Shown here: piece after piece, positions 18,621-24,475 of the stretch
Position numbering within the stretch: the first letter of the stretch is position 1
Layout: each line of letters opens with the position of its first letter
Source: Sulfuricurvum sp.
Lineage (GTDB): Bacteria; Campylobacterota; Campylobacteria; Campylobacterales; Sulfurimonadaceae
Assembly (NCBI GenBank): GCA_003245815.1
Contig: QKCD01000053.1
Coordinates: forward strand, 14,955-78,954
Reading direction: 5' to 3'
Length of the DNA stretch: 64,000 bases
Notes under the pieces: generated by a model
What the model was told of the DNA's origin: nothing
Database searches by the model: none
The model's input: only the letters and a program-made list of their open reading frames with translations
Translations under genes and position numbers: made by a program

Positions 18621-20111
18621 CTAGAAGAGCGTTCCCGTTTCGGGAGCGCTCCGCTTCTTCTTCGTCGCCTGGGCGAGCTGTTCGAGGAAGTACCCCATCT
18701 CGTGCCGGCGCAGGATCCGGATCGTATTGGTCGTCCCGGCCACGCCGATCGGGTCTCCCGCCGTAAGGATATAGGTTTTCTCCAGGTCGATCACCCCCCG
18801 TTCGATGCCGTCGGCGATCACCCCGGCAATCACCCGGTCGTGCTTCTCCCGCTTCACGGAAAAGGCGGGGGTCACCCCCCAGACGAGGCAGAGCGTGCGC
18901 GCCACCGCAGGATCGTGGGTAATGGCGTAGATCGGTTTTTTCGGGCGGTAACGGGCCAGTTTCTTCGCCGACTGCCCCGAGGCGGTCATCGCCAGGATTG
19001 CCTCCGCATCGAGGTACTCGACCAGCCGTACGGCCGACTCGTCGATGACATCCATCATGTCGCAGTGTTCGAAATCGAACTTGTCGTAGGGGTAAACGCC
19101 CTCCGCCGCTCGGATCGTCTCGACCATTGTCCGAACGGCGAGCAGCGGGTTCTTGCCCACCGCGCTCTCCTCCGAGAGCATGACGGCGTCGGTCCCATCG
19201 AGGACGGCATTGGCCACGTCGCTGATCTCCGCCCGGGTCGCCCGCTCGTGCTCCGTCATCGACAGCAGCATCTGCGTCGCCGTGATCACCGGCTTGCTGA
19301 GGATATTCGCTTTGCGGATCAGCCGTTTCTGGATCGCCGGTACTTCATAGTAGGGCACCTCGATCCCCAGGTCCCCCCGGGCGACCATCACCCCGTCACT
19401 CGCTTCGAGGATCGCGTCGATATCCTCCACGGCGTCGAACTTCTCAATCTTGGCAATGAGCTGCTGGGTGCCGCCGTTGGCCTCCAGAAAAGCCCGGGCC
19501 TTCTGCATATCCTCCGCCGACTGCACAAAGGAGATCGCCATGAAGTCCACCCCGTTGCGGATCCCCCAGAGCATGTCCTCACGGTCCTTCTCCGTCAACA
19601 CCTCCAGCCCCAGGGCGGTATTGGGGAAGTTGACCCCTTTGCGGGAGGTGAGCGTCCCCCCCGTTTCAACCGTCGCCAGCAGTGAGGCACCCCCTTCGCG
19701 CACCGTGGCCCGGATCGCGCCGTCGTTGAGATAGATCCCGTCGCCGACGACGACGTGTTCGAACAGCCCCGGCAGCGCGATGCCGATTCGGTACCGGCCC
19801 GGTCCGCTCTGCACGCCGACGATATCGGACGCGACGAACTCCAGGGTGTCGCCCGGCTGCAGGCGGAACGTCTCTTCGAGCATCCCGATGCGGACCTTCG
19901 GACCGGCGATATCCTGCAGCACGCCGACGATCAGCCCCGTCTCCTGCATGGCACGGCGGATGTTGGCCAGAACACTGCTGTGCTCCTCGTGGGTGCCGTG
20001 GCTGAAATTGAGCCTGAATACGTTGACCCCGGCGCGGATCAGCGCCGCGAGCATCTCGACCGTATCCGACGCCGGCCCCACCGTCGCCAATATCTTGGTA
20101 CGTTTTTTCAT
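18621..20111 (-). CDS. pyk: pyruvate kinase
   Basis: Start trimmed to MKKRTKILATVGPAS with AAGGAAG upstream. Motifs RLNFSHG, MVARGDLGIE, TQMLESM-like (TQMLLSM). Confidence 0.95.
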   Translation of the reverse strand: MKKRTKILATVGPASDTVEMLAALIRAGVNVFRLNFSHGTHEEHSSVLANIRRAMQETGLIVGVLQDIAGPKVRIGMLEETFRLQPGDTLEFVASDIVGVQSGPGRYRIGIALPGLFEHVVVGDGIYLNDGAIRATVREGGASLLATVETGGTLTSRKGVNFPNTALGLEVLTEKDREDMLWGIRNGVDFMAISFVQSAEDMQKARAFLEANGGTQQLIAKIEKFDAVEDIDAILEASDGVMVARGDLGIEVPYYEVPAIQKRLIRKANILSKPVITATQMLLSMTEHERATRAEISDVANAVLDGTDAVMLSEESAVGKNPLLAVRTMVETIRAAEGVYPYDKFDFEHCDMMDVIDESAVRLVEYLDAEAILAMTASGQSAKKLARYRPKKPIYAITHDPAVARTLCLVWGVTPAFSVKREKHDRVIAGVIADGIERGVIDLEKTYILTAGDPIGVAGTTNTIRILRRHEMGYFLEQLAQATKKKRSAPETGTLF

Positions 20112-20157
20112 GATCTTCCTTTTCGTGTGCGCACTCCGCTTCCGGACGCCTTCCGCC

Positions 20158-20166
20158 ATCTTAGCA
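20158..20166 (-). promoter_or_regulatory. extended -10 box TGcTAAGAT for pyk
   Basis: Reverse complement of 20158-20166 is TGCTAAGAT, about 47 nt upstream of the pyk ATG. Confidence 0.35.
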
Positions 20167-20208
20167 CAACTCACCGACCCGGCCGTGACAGCGGGTAAAC
20201 GTCATTTA

Positions 20209-20217
20209 TGTTAGAAT
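20209..20217 (+). promoter_or_regulatory. extended -10 box TGtTAGAAT for the cyclase-like operon
   Basis: TGTTAGAAT ends 15 nt before the GTG at 20233. Confidence 0.4.
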
Positions 20218-20232
20218 CTCATACTATCCCCG

Positions 20233-20913
20233 GTGTGCAAGGATCAGGCTATCAAACCCTCCAGACAGGAAGCCCATACGACCGATATCATCCTCGTTGA
20301 CATCATCAACTTCTCCCAGCTGGAGTCGAAGCAGCAACTGGAGATCATCAACTTCCTCACCTCCAGCTATTCGAAGATGGTGGAGACGATGCTCGCCAAC
20401 TCCCAGATGAAACTCTCCCACCTGATGCTCGGGTTCATCTCCACCGGCGACGGTTTCTACTGCATCCTCAACCCCAGGATGAAGGGCTTCGGAGCCATTT
20501 TGGGGCTTAGCTTCAACCACTTCTCCGAGTACATCGCCCTCAAATACCCCTACTTCCGCGGCATCCGCGTCGCCGTCCACACCGGCGAGGTCTACGGCTT
20601 CGTCGATATCCTCGGCAACAAGAACTACGTCGGCGACGGCCTCAACGAGTGCGCCCGCTACATCGAGATCAAGAACTATACGATCTCGACCGTCGTCATC
20701 TCCGATACCGCCTACGCCTCTTTCCAGAAATTTCTCAAGCGCTACCCCGACTTCAGGGTGCTCCTTGTCGAGCACCAGTTCAAGCGGAGCCCCCAATTCG
20801 GCTTTTATGATAAACACGGTACACTACACCACGGATATCTGATCTGGTTACGCCGCGGCGGCATCATCAACCCGCCCAACATCAACTTCAACTCACTCAT
20901 GGCCGGAAGGTAG
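20233..20913 (+). CDS. stand-alone class III nucleotidyl cyclase-like protein (non-canonical specificity residues)
   Basis: 226 aa, GTG start. Cyclase-homology motifs in the canonical order: DIILVDIINFSQL (metal Asp), STGDGFY (second Asp), IRVAVHTGEVYG, GDGLNECARY (Asn-x3-Arg). No other recognisable domain. Confidence 0.6.
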   Translation: MCKDQAIKPSRQEAHTTDIILVDIINFSQLESKQQLEIINFLTSSYSKMVETMLANSQMKLSHLMLGFISTGDGFYCILNPRMKGFGAILGLSFNHFSEYIALKYPYFRGIRVAVHTGEVYGFVDILGNKNYVGDGLNECARYIEIKNYTISTVVISDTAYASFQKFLKRYPDFRVLLVEHQFKRSPQFGFYDKHGTLHHGYLIWLRRGGIINPPNINFNSLMAGR

Positions 20914-20920
20914 AAAGCAC

Positions 20921-21595
20921 ATGCGTTTTACAATCGACGAATACTCCAAGCGGTTCAGGATGTCCAAGGAGATGATCCGCTCCAAACTGCGGGAAAGACG
21001 GCTGAACTACATCATCGAAGAGGGGACGACCTACATCATCGTCCCCCGCAGCAGTCTGGGCGAAGAGCGCCTGCGGGCGATCGAAGAGGGGGTCAAGAAC
21101 ACCCAGGCCCAGCCTCAGCCCGCCCCCAAGCCCAAGACGACCGTCGGCACCATCATCGCGCTCTACCAGAAGGAGAACCGTCAGCTCAAGGAGCGTATCC
21201 ACCGCCTCGAGGCGAAGATCGACAACCTGATCGCGGACAAGGAGCAGATGCTCCGCGACGAACGCGACCGCATCGAACAGCTCTACAGCAAGAAAGATGA
21301 GCAGCTCAAAAGCATCCTGGAACTCCTCAACACCAAGCTGATGCTCAGCGACAAATCCACGGTCCACGATGTCGATCTCTCCGACGACGAGCCGATCGAC
21401 GCCTCCTGGCAGCAGAGCGATTTCGTCGAACTGCGCCACTATCTCAAAGCCCTCGACCTCAAATCCGCCGAACGCAAGATGATCCGCCGCCGCTTCGCCG
21501 AAGCCTACGGCAGCGACGTCCGCGTCATCCAGCAAAACGGCCAGTTCTACCTCGACTTCTCCAAATACGACTATACCGACCTGCTGCGGCACTGA
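20921..21595 (+). CDS. HTH (excisionase/MerR-like) plus coiled-coil protein
   Basis: 224 aa. N-terminus FTIDEYSKRFRMSKEMIRSKLRERRLNYIIEEGTTYIIVP resembles HTH_17-type domains. Central heptad-rich KENRQLKERIHRLEAKIDNLIADKEQMLRDERDRIEQLY. GGAAGG upstream. Starts 7 nt after the previous stop. Confidence 0.6.
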   Translation: MRFTIDEYSKRFRMSKEMIRSKLRERRLNYIIEEGTTYIIVPRSSLGEERLRAIEEGVKNTQAQPQPAPKPKTTVGTIIALYQKENRQLKERIHRLEAKIDNLIADKEQMLRDERDRIEQLYSKKDEQLKSILELLNTKLMLSDKSTVHDVDLSDDEPIDASWQQSDFVELRHYLKALDLKSAERKMIRRRFAEAYGSDVRVIQQNGQFYLDFSKYDYTDLLRH

Positions 21596-21611
21596 GTACC
21601 GGAGAACTACC

Positions 21612-23270
21612 GTGATCAGGCCCATACAGACCGTCAACGTCGCCGAAGCCCTGCGGCAGTTCGCCTCGGACTCCATCACCCCCCTGGCCCAGTGCGACTT
21701 CGTCCTCCACGGCGTCCACACCTATATCAAGAGCTGCCACATGGAGACCTTCGGGAAATACGGGGAGAAGCTGCGGGAGCGCTACACCGACACCGACCGG
21801 CTGATCAACGACCGCGTCGTCTTCCGGCAGGTCTACAAGATCAGCCTGCTCAAGTCCCCCGAAACCGACGTCCGCCTGGAGTATACCCTCGAGCCCGGCC
21901 CCTACGCCACCCACCCCCTGCTGCACATCAAAAGCAGTTCCGTCATCCCGAAGGAGCGCTACAAACCCCAGCAGCTCTTCATGCTGCTGCTTAAGGAGAT
22001 CAACAAGATCAAGGCACGCGAGGGGATGCTGATCGGCCTCTACAGCGACGCGATGATCGAAGATGTCAAAAGCCTCGTCAAGCGGATCTACACCGGGCAG
22101 TTCACCGGAGAGTACACCGTGCTACTCTTCAGCGGGATCGAACCCGAAATCGCCCGCCCCAGCCGGCTGGAGCTGCACTTCGAGCAGAAGAACGTCGATC
22201 GCCAGCTCAAAGAGGTTGAACCGGGGGAGCTGCTCGTCGAATACAGCAAACCCGTCTACGGCCGCAACGGCCTCAACGCCTACGGCAAGCGGGTCAGCAG
22301 CGGGAACGCCGAAAACGAACCCTTTCTCAGCTGCGAGATCGACGACGCGACCGTTTCCGTCGTCGACGACGCGAACTCCGTCCGGCTCTACAGCAAAAAG
22401 CGCGGCTTCGTCCACTACACCCCCGAACACATCGAGATCAGCAACCGCCTCACCCTCGACACCATTAAAAGGGTCCATTCCCAGGTCGCCAAAGAGGAGG
22501 AGAACGAGGTCGAGGTCCACATCACCCAGAACGACACGACCCGCGACAGTGTCGGCGAGGGGGTCCACCTCACCTCCGAACGGATCCATGTCTCCGGCCA
22601 TATCGCTGACAAGGCGACTGTCGAGGCCAAACACCTCGTCGTCGACGGCGCCACCCACAACGGTGCGCGCCTCTTCGCCCGCGAGGCGACCGTCAACCGC
22701 CACAAGGGGATGCTCCGCTGCCACAAGGCGCAGATCACCCTCCTGGAAGGCGGCGAGGTGCACGCCACCCACGTCAACGTTGAAACGGCGCTGGGGGGGA
22801 GCATCTATGCCGAGCAGGTGACCCTGGGGGTCGTCCGGCACCACCTCAAAGTCTACGCCACCGACTCGATCACCATCAACAGCATCACCGGGGAGGACAA
22901 CGCTTTCGTCATCAACTACAAGAAGGTCCCCATCGTCCTTCGCCATCTGGAGTACCTTGACGAAGATATCGACGAGCAGCGCTACCTTCTTGACGAAGCC
23001 AAACGGCACCGCGAAGAGGAGGTACCGAAGATCAGCAAACGCATCGTCGCCATGCGCGACGAGATCGAGGAGATCAAACACTCCAGTTTCAACGCGACCG
23101 TCGTCATCAAGCACACCGTACACGGCCTCAACACGATCACCTTCTCGCTCCCCAAAAACAAGGAGATCACCTACCGGACCCGCGAGGGGATGAGCTACGA
23201 GCCCTTCTTCCTTGAACTCCACGAAGAGTACGTCACACTCCAGCCCGTCGGCGTTTCCGTCTCCCTTTAA
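21612..23270 (+). CDS. FapA / DUF342 family protein (beta-solenoid plus C-terminal coiled coil)
   Basis: 552 aa, GTG start with GGAGAA upstream. Repetitive beta-helix-like stretch (VHLTSERIHVSGHIADKATVEAKHLVVDGATHNGARLFAREATVNRHKG…) followed by a coiled coil (…DEDIDEQRYLLDEAKRHREEEVPKISKRIVAMRDEIEEIK), as in FapA-type proteins. Confidence 0.75.
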   Translation: MIRPIQTVNVAEALRQFASDSITPLAQCDFVLHGVHTYIKSCHMETFGKYGEKLRERYTDTDRLINDRVVFRQVYKISLLKSPETDVRLEYTLEPGPYATHPLLHIKSSSVIPKERYKPQQLFMLLLKEINKIKAREGMLIGLYSDAMIEDVKSLVKRIYTGQFTGEYTVLLFSGIEPEIARPSRLELHFEQKNVDRQLKEVEPGELLVEYSKPVYGRNGLNAYGKRVSSGNAENEPFLSCEIDDATVSVVDDANSVRLYSKKRGFVHYTPEHIEISNRLTLDTIKRVHSQVAKEEENEVEVHITQNDTTRDSVGEGVHLTSERIHVSGHIADKATVEAKHLVVDGATHNGARLFAREATVNRHKGMLRCHKAQITLLEGGEVHATHVNVETALGGSIYAEQVTLGVVRHHLKVYATDSITINSITGEDNAFVINYKKVPIVLRHLEYLDEDIDEQRYLLDEAKRHREEEVPKISKRIVAMRDEIEEIKHSSFNATVVIKHTVHGLNTITFSLPKNKEITYRTREGMSYEPFFLELHEEYVTLQPVGVSVSL

Positions 23271-23375
23271 CCCCCCTCAGACACGCGTTCCGCCCGGCAC
23301 TGCGCCGCGCACAGCGCCCTTCCTTGTTCCGAAAATCGATACCGTTTTGTCATCCATGAAGATTTTCAGCACAAT

Positions 23376-23397
23376 AATATACGTTTTTCCGTATATT
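23376..23397. repeat. 8-bp inverted repeat AATATACG-n6-CGTATATT in the AT-rich intergenic region
   Basis: Arms at 23376-23383 and 23390-23397 are exact reverse complements. A near copy AATATACA lies at 23460-23467. Confidence 0.7.
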
Positions 23398-23403
23398 TTA
23401 TAA

Positions 23404-23503
23404 TTTATTATTTACTTGTTTAGTGTTTTTATGTACTATAAGCATAATTTATCGTACTTAATATACATTTTATATATTATAACATACGGTTTATTGTTTA
23501 CTT
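23404..23503 (+). repeat. direct repeat TTTATT[A/G]TTTACTT (two copies 86 bp apart)
   Basis: Copies at 23404-23417 and 23490-23503, 13/14 identical. The second ends immediately before the AAGGAG of the XRE-like gene. Confidence 0.7.
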
Positions 23504-23510
23504 TAAGGAG

Positions 23511-23525
23511 CACTTCTGTAAAGTG
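23511..23525 (+). promoter_or_regulatory. palindrome/hairpin CACTT-ctgta-AAGTG between the Shine-Dalgarno and the start codon of the XRE-like gene
   Basis: AAGGAG at 23505-23510, palindrome at 23511-23525, ATG at 23531. Confidence 0.5.
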
Positions 23526-23530
23526 TTGCC

Positions 23531-23776
23531 ATGGAATTGAATGATCTTTTCAACATTCTTCACAACGCGGTCGAAGCACAACGCAACGGCAAGAAAATCT
23601 CCCAGAAGGAGATGGCCGCCGCACTGGGTATTTCGATGCGTACCTACCAGGACTGGCGGCTGGGAAACGCCAAGCCGCAGGCAGCCCGGGCCGTCATCGA
23701 GATGCTCGGCCAGCTGGAAGACGACGAGATCATCAGGGTGGTGAGAAAAATCAACAGATTAGGGAGTACACAGTGA
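23531..23776 (+). CDS. XRE/Cro-like helix-turn-helix transcriptional regulator
   Basis: 81 aa. ISQKEMAAALGISMRTYQDWRLGNAKP is a classic HTH_3-type helix-turn-helix. Confidence 0.65.
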   Translation: MELNDLFNILHNAVEAQRNGKKISQKEMAAALGISMRTYQDWRLGNAKPQAARAVIEMLGQLEDDEIIRVVRKINRLGSTQ

Positions 23777-24024
23777 GCAGTTTGACGGAACAAGAACGGA
23801 TCGGCCTCGAAGAAGTTTTCTTATCGATTTCCACCGCTTCAAAGCCGCGGGGAAAACTCCGAAACTTGACGAAAATCCTGCGCGAACTGCGCCAACGAAA
23901 ACCCTTTGAAATCGGCGTAAAAAGGCGGTTTGGGCTCCTTGGCGTGGCACTGAAACGGATAAAACTTTCAAATTTCCACCATCTCTTTCCTAAAAAAAAC
24001 AAAAAGAAGAAAAATTTAAGCTAA
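23773..24024 (+). CDS. small, very basic hypothetical protein (Lys-rich tail), overlapping the XRE-like gene
   Basis: 83 aa. GTG start in a GTGA overlap with the preceding stop. Visibly lower GC than flanking genes. The C-terminal codons coincide with the A-rich hup promoter region, so coding status is uncertain. Confidence 0.35.
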   Translation: MSSLTEQERIGLEEVFLSISTASKPRGKLRNLTKILRELRQRKPFEIGVKRRFGLLGVALKRIKLSNFHHLFPKKNKKKKNLS

Positions 24025-24029
24025 GAGAT

Positions 24030-24035
24030 TATAAA
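24030..24035 (+). promoter_or_regulatory. candidate -10 box TATAAA for hup, preceded by an A-rich tract
   Basis: …CCTAAAAAAAACAAAAAGAAGAAAAATTTAAGCTAAGAGATTATAAAGTG…, about 87 nt upstream of the hup ATG. Confidence 0.35.
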
Positions 24036-24070
24036 GTGTCTCTAGCTGAATCATGAAGAGCCTCGAAGCA

Positions 24071-24081
24071 CCGTAATACGG
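24071..24081. promoter_or_regulatory. palindrome CCGTAaTACGG in the hup leader
   Basis: Perfect 5+1+5 palindrome. The same CCGTA/TACGG half-site occurs at 23389-23393 and 23485-23489 in the upstream AT-rich region. Confidence 0.4.
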
Positions 24082-24121
24082 GCTTTTCGTGGTCACAAAT
24101 CTTTACGTAAGGGTCATGGTA

Positions 24122-24406
24122 ATGAATAAAGCACAATTTGTCGAATTGGTACAAAAATGCGGCAACTACAAAACAAAAGTGGAAGCGGAAAATGCCATCA
24201 AAGCGTTCACTGACGCCGTTACAGAAGCATTGGTAGCCAAAGAAGACGTTTCTCTGGTAGGTTTCGGTGGTTTCTCTGCTGCACTCCAAAAAGGCAAAAG
24301 CGGCAAAGTACCGGGCACTGACAAATCATACGCCACTGCCGACAAAATGGTTCCGAAGTTCAAAGCCGGTAAAGGCCTTAAAGACGCTGTAGCCGCCGGC
24401 AAATAA
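24122..24406 (+). CDS. hup: HU-family DNA-binding protein
   Basis: Start trimmed to MNKAQFVELV…. 94 aa. The arm region GFGGFSAALQKGKSGKVPGTDK…VPKFKAGKGLKD is typical of HU. Confidence 0.92.
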   Translation: MNKAQFVELVQKCGNYKTKVEAENAIKAFTDAVTEALVAKEDVSLVGFGGFSAALQKGKSGKVPGTDKSYATADKMVPKFKAGKGLKDAVAAGK

Positions 24407-24411
24407 ATGAT

Positions 24412-24433
24412 TGCTGCGGCTCTCGTCGCAGCA
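24412..24433 (+). terminator. hairpin after hup (TGCTGCG-n8-CGCAGCA)
   Basis: 7-bp perfect stem starting 6 nt after the hup stop. No clear U-run follows. Confidence 0.4.
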
Positions 24434-24475
24434 TCCCCGCCTTTCCTGACCATCATTATCTACGGAGCAGTATAG

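Noticed and set aside
20233-23270. The cyclase-like operon as a Pycsar/CBASS-type anti-phage signalling system.
   Set aside because: Neither downstream protein shows a cyclic-nucleotide-binding domain, TIR, patatin, a nuclease or a multi-TM effector. The partners are an HTH/coiled-coil protein and a FapA-like protein. The defence assignment cannot be supported from sequence.
23300-23530. The AT-rich repeat region as a replication origin.
   Set aside because: No dnaA or dnaN gene is nearby, and I found no TTATCCACA-like DnaA boxes. The repeats fit operators or iterons better than a chromosomal oriC.
23992-23999. Homopolymer runs (A8 at 23992-23999, T8 at 41961-41968) as phase-variation switches.
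   Set aside because: Known Campylobacter contingency loci use mainly poly-G/C tracts of about 8 or more. Eight-nt A/T runs are short, and one of them lies in a doubtful ORF. There is no evidence of variation from a single sequence.
23330-24460. The low-GC stretch as a horizontally acquired island carrying hup.
   Set aside because: hup has the same A/T-ending codon preference as rplY at the other end of the window, which fits highly expressed native genes. No integrase, transposase, tRNA or flanking direct repeats are present. Only the intergenic repeats and the 83-aa ORF remain unexplained.
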